Sequence record: MZ443769.1
Length of the DNA: 64,000 bases
Direction: 5' to 3' (one strand)
Made by a program: the position numbers and the translations under genes. Under the pieces are notes generated by a model. That model saw nothing but the letters and a program-made list of their open reading frames with translations, was not told the origin of the DNA and ran no database searches. The first letter of the stretch is position 1; every line of letters begins with the position of its first letter. Positions 26,700 to 35,578 of this stretch are shown one piece after another.

Positions 26700-27147
26700 A
26701 TGAGTCGATGATATCCAGGGCTTGCTCAACGATAGGTCGAAGTTTCTTATCAACCTTGTTAAGCGCTTTCTCTGCCTTGAACCACTTACGCTCACGGGTC
26801 AGGACTTCATCGTAGTCGGTCAACATTGTCTTGACCTTCATGACGAACCATTCAACGTGTTGCTCGCGGCCAGTCTTTCCTTTGACATACTTCATGATAT
26901 CAACGAAGTCTTTCGGCTTGCCCAGAACACCAGCTTCTTCCATTGCTTCTTTAAGCGCAGAATCGAGTGGTGTCATTCCTTTCTCTACGCCGCCTTTGGG
27001 TAAACCCCAATTGCCTGCGTGAGTAGTACGAATGAGAAGAACTTCAATCGTACCGTCTTTCTTTTTACGGTATGGGATTACTCCGGACTGCTGTCGAGGC
27101 TTTTTCTCAAAAGGCATCTTAGCAGAGAGGGACACATTGAGCATCAT
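26689..27147 (-). CDS. NUDIX hydrolase (Ap4A/diphosphoinositol-polyphosphate-like type)
   Basis: Nudix box GGVEKGMTPLDSALKEAMEEAG preceded by SGVIPYR...EVLLI...WGLPK. Confidence 0.92.
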   Translation of the reverse strand: MMLNVSLSAKMPFEKKPRQQSGVIPYRKKKDGTIEVLLIRTTHAGNWGLPKGGVEKGMTPLDSALKEAMEEAGVLGKPKDFVDIMKYVKGKTGREQHVEWFVMKVKTMLTDYDEVLTRERKWFKAEKALNKVDKKLRPIVEQALDIIDSYGL

Positions 27148-27656
27148 AGATAGTCAGTGCCTCGTGGCATGTCTTTATCCCAAGACCAAGCGTTTGTCTT
27201 CCAAAGACCAGCTTGCTGCAATTCGCTGTAAGCTTCTTGGTAAGAGATAGAGTGCAGGACGCTAACTTCCATAGGCAATGCAGGTCCGTTGTAACTGCAT
27301 GACATACCTGGGAAGTACGAAGCGCGGCACGTTGCATACGTGTCAAACACAATGCAACCTTCTGCATCAGTTACGACAGCATGAGACGCTACTCCGCCAT
27401 TAACACCGCTCTGCCCTAATACGACAATGCGATAGTCCGGATGGAGGTTATATGAACGCTGAACAAATGCGGCGGCTTCTGCGAAAGGCAGTGCAATAGA
27501 TGCAGCACGATTGCAGTTCTGTTGGAACGCAGACTCAGAAAGAGAGCGAGCTCCTGTCAGATTCATAGCCGATGCAAAAATCATTGTTGTCAGATCTTTT
27601 GGTGCGACAGCAGTGGGGAAAAACTTAGTGCCCCACGCTTCTGATAATGAAAGCAT
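27144..27656 (-). CDS. Putative papain-fold enzyme (Cys-His-Asp)
   Basis: QNCNRAA ... SHAVV ... VFDT gives the triad order of papain-like and transglutaminase-like folds. The second ATG is best spaced from AAGGAG. Confidence 0.5.
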   Translation of the reverse strand: MLSLSEAWGTKFFPTAVAPKDLTTMIFASAMNLTGARSLSESAFQQNCNRAASIALPFAEAAAFVQRSYNLHPDYRIVVLGQSGVNGGVASHAVVTDAEGCIVFDTYATCRASYFPGMSCSYNGPALPMEVSVLHSISYQEAYSELQQAGLWKTNAWSWDKDMPRGTDYL

Positions 27657-27685
27657 GGACATCTCCTTATACGATAGTCTCAGCT

Positions 27686-27692
27686 AAATTAG
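27686..27692 (-). promoter_or_regulatory. CTAATTT motif (putative late promoter)
   Basis: GCTAATTTAG in a 36-nt intergenic gap, upstream of AAGGAG. Confidence 0.5.
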
Positions 27693-27698
27693 CGTCAT

Positions 27699-27983
27699 TT
27701 AGTTCGGACAGACTAACACACGCTTGCGACCTTTGTAAAAAGAATCTGGTGCTTCGCCTATGACGATAGCGTAGCGCAACATGAAGCCAGGCTTCTTTAC
27801 AGCTACGTTACAGCCACCGTGAGAAAGAGCTGATAGCGCTTGACTGCGAAAGGGACCAGTCAGACAGAGGTTATGAGCGAAGAAGGGTTTGCTCACCTTC
27901 TTCATTGTCCTGCTCATGAGTGCCCGAATAGCTTCGCATTGGTCGGCAGTAGGTTCAGTACCGCAGTAAACATCAAAGTGCAT
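27699..27983 (-). CDS. Hypothetical protein, 94 aa
   Basis: In-operon ORF, 2-nt gap from the upstream gene. Confidence 0.6.
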   Translation of the reverse strand: MHFDVYCGTEPTADQCEAIRALMSRTMKKVSKPFFAHNLCLTGPFRSQALSALSHGGCNVAVKKPGFMLRYAIVIGEAPDSFYKGRKRVLVCPN

Positions 27984-27985
27984 AA

Positions 27986-28681
27986 TCAGACCTTACTCGT
28001 CATCACGCCGTCGTAGATGCCCATGTTATCAGTGAAACGAGCGAGCGCTTGGTGCACATCATCGTTTTCAAATTCAACAAGACGCACGTTAGCATTCGTT
28101 GCTGTTACGTTCTTCGTACCCTTCTCTTGAACAAAGAAGGTGGTACCATCATACTTACTGTTATCAGTAAAGAAGACACCATACGATGCCCAAGATTTTG
28201 TACCAGCTTCGAGAACGAATACGGACGCTTCGAAGAACATGGTGTTCAGGTCAGCACGGTTGTCTTCGATGAATTGTGCATCTTCGTTATCAGACAGAAC
28301 AACGTCCAGCGTGATAAGTTCGACAGAAGCGGGACTCGACTTTAGCCAGACGCGCATCAAACGATCAAAGTATTCTGCAAGTGCGCAGCAGATACAGCTA
28401 CGGTTATCAGGGTCTTTGGCTGCACGAGGGATTGCTGTGATCGCACGGTCAGTCATCTTCCAAGAAACGAAATCCGTCTCAAAAGAGCCTGCGTGGTAAT
28501 CATACTCTTCATCGTTAATGACAAAGAGGTTGGTGCGCTGAAACGCAATAGACGACAGTACATGCTTTGCGCGAGTCATCAGATCAGCAGGGAATTGAAT
28601 CATGACACGGGCAGTAAGAACGCGAGGAACGCCCTTTTCAATGTATGCAAAGTTCATCTTGCGATGTAAGAGCTGGCGCAT
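27986..28681 (-). CDS. Hypothetical protein, 231 aa
   Basis: AAGGA RBS, directly downstream of the spike gene. No family recognised. Confidence 0.7.
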   Translation of the reverse strand: MRQLLHRKMNFAYIEKGVPRVLTARVMIQFPADLMTRAKHVLSSIAFQRTNLFVINDEEYDYHAGSFETDFVSWKMTDRAITAIPRAAKDPDNRSCICCALAEYFDRLMRVWLKSSPASVELITLDVVLSDNEDAQFIEDNRADLNTMFFEASVFVLEAGTKSWASYGVFFTDNSKYDGTTFFVQEKGTKNVTATNANVRLVEFENDDVHQALARFTDNMGIYDGVMTSKV

Positions 28682-28690
28682 CGTAGTTCC

Positions 28691-29479
28691 TTAGTTTAAA
28701 TTGATCGTCTGGCCATTTACAGTAACTTCCTGACCGGCTTCGATACCGACAGTACCTTTGACTTCGAGCTTATCGTTGCCTTTGATTTTGGTCACACGAT
28801 TACCATCAATCTCTACTGTTTGATTGCCTGTTATCTTCGTGTACTGATTCCCAGCATCACCTTTAGCTGTACCCTTAAACTTGATACGCTTCTTCGGGTC
28901 AGGCTTCAACGACTTCGGAGTCATTGTCGGGTCATTGAGAATGTAATCAGGAATATCGTTCTTAGCGCCAGTGATGATAAGCTGTTGGTTGCCAACGATA
29001 GTCTGATTCACATCACCCATGATTGTCATATTGAAATCACCAGAGGTCACGAGGAAGTGCTCGTTAGTCATGCGATCAATAATGAGCTGGGTACCAGTAG
29101 ACAGACGAACACCGATACGATGCGGATAGTTAACGAGAAACTCAGGCAGCATGTCAGCTTGAGTCATACGCACAGCAGTATTGTACATACCCTCATGCAA
29201 CTGGCCTGTAGGGAATTTCACATTCACTTTAGCACCGCGAGTCGGTATGAATGATGCACCGAACACTACACCCTGTGAACCACCTTTAAGACCTTCGAGA
29301 TGACCGACAGCAGGACGAATCCACGGAATATCTTCATCTGCTATATCATCGGTCAGTCCCATAATACGCGCACGTATCTGGCCTATCTGACGTGGGTCAT
29401 TGTTGTCGATAACGATTGCCTCATAGTCCATCAGAGGGTCGATACCTTTCTTTGAGTTAACACTGTTCAGAGGAATCAT
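28691..29479 (-). CDS. Baseplate central spike (gp5/gpV/VgrG-like OB-fold plus beta-helix), no lysozyme domain
   Basis: YEAIVIDNNDPRQIGQIRARI...IPWIRP...P.RGAKVNVKF..G OB domain, then VNQTIVGNQ and ITGNQTVEIDGNRVTKIKGND beta-helix repeats. Confidence 0.88.
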   Translation of the reverse strand: MIPLNSVNSKKGIDPLMDYEAIVIDNNDPRQIGQIRARIMGLTDDIADEDIPWIRPAVGHLEGLKGGSQGVVFGASFIPTRGAKVNVKFPTGQLHEGMYNTAVRMTQADMLPEFLVNYPHRIGVRLSTGTQLIIDRMTNEHFLVTSGDFNMTIMGDVNQTIVGNQQLIITGAKNDIPDYILNDPTMTPKSLKPDPKKRIKFKGTAKGDAGNQYTKITGNQTVEIDGNRVTKIKGNDKLEVKGTVGIEAGQEVTVNGQTINLN

Positions 29480-31371
29480 TTATTCACCCGAGGCATATAC
29501 ATTTCAAGTTTCTCACCGTCTGGTGTTCCGTTCTTGCTTGAACCATCAACAGTACCGTCACCCAGCGAGCACAAGAAGTTACGCAGGTTCTCTTCTTGCT
29601 GTCTGATCATCTGTGCCAGATTCGTACTCGGACCAAGCAGTTTGCTGATAGAGAACGCATCGAGACACTTATCAGGCAGAGCATCATCAGCCATACGCTG
29701 CAAGTCATCCAACTTGTTAGAGACGCAACGTTGGTTTATCTGAGGCCCATCAAGATATTCAGAAGGGATATCACCGTTTGCAATCAGACCGTTCACGTCT
29801 TGCGTGAAACCACCGAGCATGTTTTCCATACTGTCTATGCGATTGGCAAGACCATCAAGAATACCGCCTTTGTAGTTGATAGCAAGATTGACACTCAGCT
29901 TTTCAAGTTTCGACAGAGCGTTACAAATACCTGTGAGGTACTTCGCCATGTTGAATTCTTGCATCAGACTGTTAAGGTAGTCAGCACCCTCACCGTACTT
30001 CGCAGCAAGCTCAGGGAATTTGAACATCTCACTATCAGTCTGGAACTGGTCGAGCATAACATCAAGCTGTAGGCTGTGCGTCTGTGCAATCCAATCGAGT
30101 GGGTTAGAGCCGTCGAGAGCCTGTTTGATGCTAGAGTTAATCTGGAATGGACGCAGCACGTTAGCAACTGTGTCGAGTGGAGTTTGAATGATGTTCGCAC
30201 CGCCACCTACATTCGATGTACCTTCAACAGGTGTGAAGTTACGAGACAACAGGAATGCTTCGCTATACATACCACTGGCAAACGTGCGAGTACGACCAAT
30301 GACGATCCACTTACCTGAAAGCTTATCATCGATCTTCACTTCACGCGATGCACTAATGATACCAGCAGATACATCGACGATATCGAACAGGTCTACTTCT
30401 GGACAGCCACCTAAGATAAGACAGCGAGCAGTTTCGGTGTACGTCATTGACTGACGCTTGTTCGAGTAGTACGCCTGCATGTACTTGTCGTGGATGTTGA
30501 TATCATTCGTCGGACGGGCATACGCTTTACGTGCGCCAGCAATATCACCGCGAGTGTCGCTGTTAATGTTCAGCGGGTCACGGCCTTTGACTGTCACGGT
30601 AGAAAGTTCGTTTGTCTTACCGTCGGAAGAAGACCACAGCAATTTATCACCGTAGTTCGACATACCATTGAAGATACCGCTCAACGACTTTGGCTTGAAC
30701 TCATGCAAGTTATAGACAGGTCGTTTGTCAGCAGGCTTATGGTTGAACAGCCAGTATGCTTTGGGTTCTTTGTCGAACAAGGCATTGAGATCACGAACGA
30801 CCATGCGCTTATCAGCAGTGACGAACATCTTAGGAAGAGCTTCTTCCGATATCCACATATGCTGTGCAATGTCGTTAGCGAATTTCTTAGGGGAACATGT
30901 TGCAGATACCCATGACATGATATCAGAAGTCTGTAGTCCACCACCGTCGAACGTAAGGCCACTGAACTTAGCGACTTTAGCCAGAGCATCGAGTGATGTA
31001 CCACGAATACTGAAACTGCGAGTATCGAACAAGAAGACAGGCGCATCCAACGCACACACAACACGCAGCATGTGAACACCACCCTCGTCATACTCACGAA
31101 CAGCGAACACACTGAACGTAAGCGTAGAGGCTGATTCTGCATCAGGGCCTAACACGAGGGTTATCTTGGTGCCATCGACGATAGCATGAGAGGAGCGTAG
31201 AATGTTTGTGTGGTCTGCAAAGATAATCAGAGCGCACGGAATAGCGAATGTGTTTTCGAATACGTGGACGGAGCGCACAAGGTTCGGGGTTGACGGCGGT
31301 GCTTTGCCGTCAAGTAATAGTCCGAAGAAGCCTTGGTCTTTAACGCCGCCAGCAGATACTTGCTCGGCCAT
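29476..31371 (-). CDS. Baseplate hub protein (gp27/gpD-like) with helical C-terminal extension
   Basis: Immediately upstream of the spike (ATGA overlap). RSVHVFEN..IPCALIIF, LFDIVDV, LSGKWIVIGRTRTF patterns fit a hub fold. Confidence 0.65.
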   Translation of the reverse strand: MAEQVSAGGVKDQGFFGLLLDGKAPPSTPNLVRSVHVFENTFAIPCALIIFADHTNILRSSHAIVDGTKITLVLGPDAESASTLTFSVFAVREYDEGGVHMLRVVCALDAPVFLFDTRSFSIRGTSLDALAKVAKFSGLTFDGGGLQTSDIMSWVSATCSPKKFANDIAQHMWISEEALPKMFVTADKRMVVRDLNALFDKEPKAYWLFNHKPADKRPVYNLHEFKPKSLSGIFNGMSNYGDKLLWSSSDGKTNELSTVTVKGRDPLNINSDTRGDIAGARKAYARPTNDINIHDKYMQAYYSNKRQSMTYTETARCLILGGCPEVDLFDIVDVSAGIISASREVKIDDKLSGKWIVIGRTRTFASGMYSEAFLLSRNFTPVEGTSNVGGGANIIQTPLDTVANVLRPFQINSSIKQALDGSNPLDWIAQTHSLQLDVMLDQFQTDSEMFKFPELAAKYGEGADYLNSLMQEFNMAKYLTGICNALSKLEKLSVNLAINYKGGILDGLANRIDSMENMLGGFTQDVNGLIANGDIPSEYLDGPQINQRCVSNKLDDLQRMADDALPDKCLDAFSISKLLGPSTNLAQMIRQQEENLRNFLCSLGDGTVDGSSKNGTPDGEKLEMYMPRVNK

Positions 31372-31373
31372 GA

Positions 31374-31808
31374 TTATTCCTTAGCATCAATCTCACGCGC
31401 AAGGTTCTTCAACTGCACTGACAGAATCTTTAACTCAGCAGAATCAGCAGGCATGTTGAAGCCACCACGTGCCGGTTTGATCTCAGCATCTTTTTTGGTG
31501 TTGTACCATTTACGGAACGCAACGACAGGTGAACCTTTATCGTCAGTAGAAAGCTCAACAGACAACCAGCCGTGCTCACCAGTTTTGATACGGAAAGGCA
31601 CAGGCTCAGATGTTTCTTTGCGTGTAACTTTCTTCTCTTTACTAGGCTTCTCTTTCGATACAGCAGGCTTCTCAGCTTTTACTTTCTTTTTCTTAGGCTT
31701 TTTGATTTCAGTGTCATCAGAAGCTTTCTCAACAGGCTTATCACGCTTCAAAGTCTTCTTGATCTTCTTCGCCTTAGAACCAACAATTTTACCGTTCACC
31801 ATAGCCAT
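31374..31808 (-). CDS. PC4/YdbC-like ssDNA-binding protein with Lys-rich N-terminus
   Basis: WLSVELST...VVAFRKWYNT...IKPARGGFNMP matches the PC4 fold motif. Confidence 0.7.
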   Translation of the reverse strand: MAMVNGKIVGSKAKKIKKTLKRDKPVEKASDDTEIKKPKKKKVKAEKPAVSKEKPSKEKKVTRKETSEPVPFRIKTGEHGWLSVELSTDDKGSPVVAFRKWYNTKKDAEIKPARGGFNMPADSAELKILSVQLKNLAREIDAKE

Positions 31809-32098
31809 TATATCTGCGTCCTCTTTATTTGTTTTATTGCGGCACTTGGTGCTTTGCGAGGCAGAGCTACCATCATACCAGCAACTAACTCAGACGGATG
31901 AACAAGACCGTTCGCAATCAGAATCAGATGCCAGTATGCGTTAGTGCCATATTGGTTATAAGACAGCAACTGTGGATTGCCCTCCATCGAAGCATCAATG
32001 CGTATTGAATCGAATAGTGCGGAGTCAACATCACTGAATGCTTTCATCGTTAGAGGGTCAATTCCCCATGCGTCAATCACTGCGATAGTTTCAGCCAT
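31808..32098 (-). CDS. LysM-like baseplate protein (gp53/gpX-like)
   Basis: LLSYNQYGTNAYWHLILIANGLVHPSELVAGMMVALP. Confidence 0.82.
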   Translation of the reverse strand: MAETIAVIDAWGIDPLTMKAFSDVDSALFDSIRIDASMEGNPQLLSYNQYGTNAYWHLILIANGLVHPSELVAGMMVALPRKAPSAAIKQIKRTQI

Positions 32099-32889
32099 TT
32101 GCGTAGGTCCTGTCGAGTCACAGCAAAGTAACTTGATACTTGAAGGATGAAGTCAACGCTGATAGGGTTACCAGTACCATCTTCCCATACGTTGTCGAAG
32201 TTAGCACTCACGCTATCAACAACACACGGACTCATTGAGAAGAAATTACCGATATCAACAAAGAAGGCTTCATTGTCTTCAAGTACATTGCCTAGTGCCG
32301 CATTCGCTGCGTCAGCACCTCCACCACTAGCAGCCAACGTGAGTGTTTCCATACTGACTGACTTCAATGGACTTGGGCCTGGAGGTACAAGCAGACCGCC
32401 GACTTCTGACGGTGCACACAGGGAAAGCAGGCTGACTGTTGTCTCAACTACTTCACTGCGTGTATCTGAATAAGCATCAACGAATATAGGAAGGTTGAGC
32501 GACATATAGCTCGGACCTCCCCATACACGCGCACTAGCTAACTTGTGCATCGAACTAGCACCAGCGAACTTGAGAGCTTTATCAGCACGACCTGCGTTAG
32601 CAGCAACGAAGTCACCGGCAGCACCAATCTTTCCGCCTACACCACCGAGAGCGCCACCGAGATTACCAGCAACGTCTGCGATTGATGTATCAGCGAAAGG
32701 TGCTGTCCATGAACTTGACAAGTCGAACGCGAAGTCAGGTGGCACAAACCCGCTGAACTTGATTGTACCGCTTTTGTTATAGATGCGAACCCGATACATG
32801 TTATCGACTGTCATGATATCTTCACGCGTTCGCGTAGCGCCAACAGCGGTTGGTGTACCGCCATCGGCTGGCATTAAGTAGTTAGCCAC
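32077..32889 (-). CDS. Putative tail tube initiator or baseplate protein (gp48/gp54-like)
   Basis: Lies between the tape-measure-like gene and LysM. Beta-rich, ending in CVVDSVSANFD...ISVDFILQV. Confidence 0.5.
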   Translation of the reverse strand: MANYLMPADGGTPTAVGATRTREDIMTVDNMYRVRIYNKSGTIKFSGFVPPDFAFDLSSSWTAPFADTSIADVAGNLGGALGGVGGKIGAAGDFVAANAGRADKALKFAGASSMHKLASARVWGGPSYMSLNLPIFVDAYSDTRSEVVETTVSLLSLCAPSEVGGLLVPPGPSPLKSVSMETLTLAASGGGADAANAALGNVLEDNEAFFVDIGNFFSMSPCVVDSVSANFDNVWEDGTGNPISVDFILQVSSYFAVTRQDLRKWLKLSQ

Positions 32890-32899
32890 AGAGACTCCT

Positions 32900-35578
32900 T
32901 TACATGTAGCCCATCGTAATCATATTCAGCATCGGGTCATCCAAGAACACTGGAATTGAATCGAGTGAGTGAGCACTACCTGGACTTTGCCCAGCTTTGT
33001 TCGAAGAACTAGGGCGTGATGTTGCGCCACCCGAAGGTGCAGGTGCAGCAGCTTGTTGAACTACTTGCGCAGGCTCAGGAGCTTCACGTCGAGCTACGTC
33101 ACCCTCAGTAACTAAAGGTTCACGCTCAACTGTCTCTGTAGGTTTCTGAACAGGTGTTATAGTTGATTCAGAACGCGGTACAAGATCTTGCAGGTGTTTC
33201 GCATACTGCTCAGGTGTCTCTTTTGGCAGAGAAGGTCCTTTCGCAGTCAGATCAGGTACAGGCTGTGCATCAACACTTGTATTCGACTTATCTAAACTGC
33301 CGTCACCCTTAGGTAAATCAGGGAATTTAGCAGCGATCTTCGCATCAAGTTCTTCGTCACCTGTCTTAGTCTTATTTACAGAGTTTTTCTTCTGGTCCGC
33401 ATCAGCAACCTTGAGCAACACGTCCTTCTCGTTCTTCGCTCGCATCGCTACGGATTGCTGCGTCTGAGCATCAGAGGACTTGAAATACTTGTCAGTCGTA
33501 GCGGCCTTGTAGTCCTGAATAGCGCTGATAAGTTCTGGGTCAGACATTGCATTAACGTCTTTCCCCTCAAGCGCTTTCGACACAACAGAAGTACCTGAAC
33601 CGTACTGAACAGCAGTCGAGTAAAGCAGTTCTTTAACGCCAGCACCACGAGAAGACAGGTCAACACCCACATCGTTCTGCGTCTTAGCAACAAGAGGTGC
33701 GTAGTGAGTACGAGTGATATAGTCGGACTGTGCTTTATCCAGTTCAGCACCCTGTGTATTAGCAACGTCCTTATAGACAGAGTTGAACTGTTCAGTACCA
33801 GGAGCAAGACCACCAAAGCGTTGCAAGAACGGTTGGCCTTCTTTCGAGTTCAAGAAGTTCATCATGCTGCCGTTGTTCGTAGCGAGCTGGTGCTTACCGT
33901 AAGACACACCGCCGTAATCGCCTCTACCAGTTGATACTGTGCCTACGCCTTTGCCGCCAGATTCAAACTGTTCTGATACTGCACCTAATCCACCCTCAGC
34001 AATAGCTTTCTGGGCAATGTCAGTTACTTGCTTGCTGTCGAGACGTTGAGCAGGACGCGCACGTTGAGGCCCGCCATAAGTACCACCGCCACCGCCCGGC
34101 ATCATCATTGGCATTGCAGCGCCACCTAAAGCAAAAGGCATCATCACAGGAGCAGGGAATTTCGCTTTGTTCTGATTCTCAGCAGTGGTGTCGTTATACT
34201 CGTCCATCTTTTCTTTACGGTCTTTCTCACCCTCTGCGAGCATGTCATCGGATTCGTCAGTTACTTTATCAGCAACGTACTCACCAACTTTACTGCCTAT
34301 CGCATCACCCAACATGCCACCAAGAGTAGCACCGAGTGCAGCACCAGCAATAGTACCTGGGCCAGGAATGATTGAACCGAGAATGCCGCCAATCCAGCCA
34401 CCAGCGATAGCACCGACTGAACCACCAGTTGCTCCGCCAACAGCACCACCAGCAGTTGTCTTATACGCTTTCTCTTTCTCAGCTTCTGTCATCGTGTCAT
34501 CGGCTTTGATGTGCTGCATATCGTTAGCAGCCATGAGGCCGTTACCTAGTACAGCGCCGACAACAGGGATACGTTTACTCGCAGCCATTAACGCAAGTGA
34601 CGCGCCAGAAACAGCTAGGTCTTGAGCTTCTGACGGTTCTTTCGTCTTAGACTCTGCTGGCTTAGCTTCTGGTTCATCCGTCTTAGGCTTAGCAGCATTG
34701 ACAGGTGCTTGATCAACAGGCTTAGGCTGTATCTGGTCGGGAGTACCAGCACCGCCATTCTCTGCGTTGTCTTCTACGAACTCTTCCTGTGAGTTTTCTT
34801 TCAGCTTGTTACCAGCATAAAGAGCAGCACCAGCAACAGCACCGATAGCGAGAGCAGCACCAAGCTTGCCTTTGAACATACGCTTCCAGCCGCCACCACG
34901 AGGTAAGCGACGACCAGGACCACGTCTGTTTCCACGGCCACGGCCATAACGACGTCCGCGTTTCTTACGTCTACGTCGTTCATCACCGCCATTATCTTCT
35001 AAGCCACCACCATTGTCGTCGTCGTTGCTATCATCATTAGCAGGATCGTTTACAGGACGTGGACCACCTGCACCCGGTTGTTGACCAAGTGGGTCTGACT
35101 TAGCTTTGTTCTTCTCTTTGAATGCCTCACTCTTCTCCCAGCGTAACCAGTCTTCAAGCGCTTTCTGTGTCTTAGCACTTACAGCGTTACCGTCACGAAT
35201 AGCATGGACGATATCTTCACCCGAACGTTCACCAGCAATGAATAGTTCTTCGATTGCGGATTCAACTTGACGTGGGTTAGGTGGCTGTTGATTGACAGCA
35301 CGAGGCTGTGGAGATTGAGTGACTGTTATGTCAATCTGTCGGGCTTTCTCTTTCTCAGCACGACGTTGACGCGCTTCCTTGTTCTTTGCGCGGGAGCCAG
35401 GACCTACATAATACTCTTGGTCGTCGTCTTCGGTCTCGCCTAAGTTATCGAATGAGAAATCAGGCTTTGACGATTTACGTTTATTACGAGGCATACCAGC
35501 GACAGAAGAACTCATACTGTCTGCATGTTCGATCATCAGTTCGAGTGCAGTCAGTTCCTTCTTATTAGCCTGAGCCAT
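32900..35578 (-). CDS. Tape-measure-position protein with VgrG3-like peptidoglycan hydrolase domain
   Basis: Gly/Ala-rich hydrophobic repeats (GAVGGATGGSVGAIAGG). GAVSEQFESGG...STGRGDYGGVSYGKHQL matches the T6SS VgrG3-like C-terminal muramidase motif. Confidence 0.75.
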   Translation of the reverse strand: MAQANKKELTALELMIEHADSMSSSVAGMPRNKRKSSKPDFSFDNLGETEDDDQEYYVGPGSRAKNKEARQRRAEKEKARQIDITVTQSPQPRAVNQQPPNPRQVESAIEELFIAGERSGEDIVHAIRDGNAVSAKTQKALEDWLRWEKSEAFKEKNKAKSDPLGQQPGAGGPRPVNDPANDDSNDDDNGGGLEDNGGDERRRRKKRGRRYGRGRGNRRGPGRRLPRGGGWKRMFKGKLGAALAIGAVAGAALYAGNKLKENSQEEFVEDNAENGGAGTPDQIQPKPVDQAPVNAAKPKTDEPEAKPAESKTKEPSEAQDLAVSGASLALMAASKRIPVVGAVLGNGLMAANDMQHIKADDTMTEAEKEKAYKTTAGGAVGGATGGSVGAIAGGWIGGILGSIIPGPGTIAGAALGATLGGMLGDAIGSKVGEYVADKVTDESDDMLAEGEKDRKEKMDEYNDTTAENQNKAKFPAPVMMPFALGGAAMPMMMPGGGGGTYGGPQRARPAQRLDSKQVTDIAQKAIAEGGLGAVSEQFESGGKGVGTVSTGRGDYGGVSYGKHQLATNNGSMMNFLNSKEGQPFLQRFGGLAPGTEQFNSVYKDVANTQGAELDKAQSDYITRTHYAPLVAKTQNDVGVDLSSRGAGVKELLYSTAVQYGSGTSVVSKALEGKDVNAMSDPELISAIQDYKAATTDKYFKSSDAQTQQSVAMRAKNEKDVLLKVADADQKKNSVNKTKTGDEELDAKIAAKFPDLPKGDGSLDKSNTSVDAQPVPDLTAKGPSLPKETPEQYAKHLQDLVPRSESTITPVQKPTETVEREPLVTEGDVARREAPEPAQVVQQAAAPAPSGGATSRPSSSNKAGQSPGSAHSLDSIPVFLDDPMLNMITMGYM

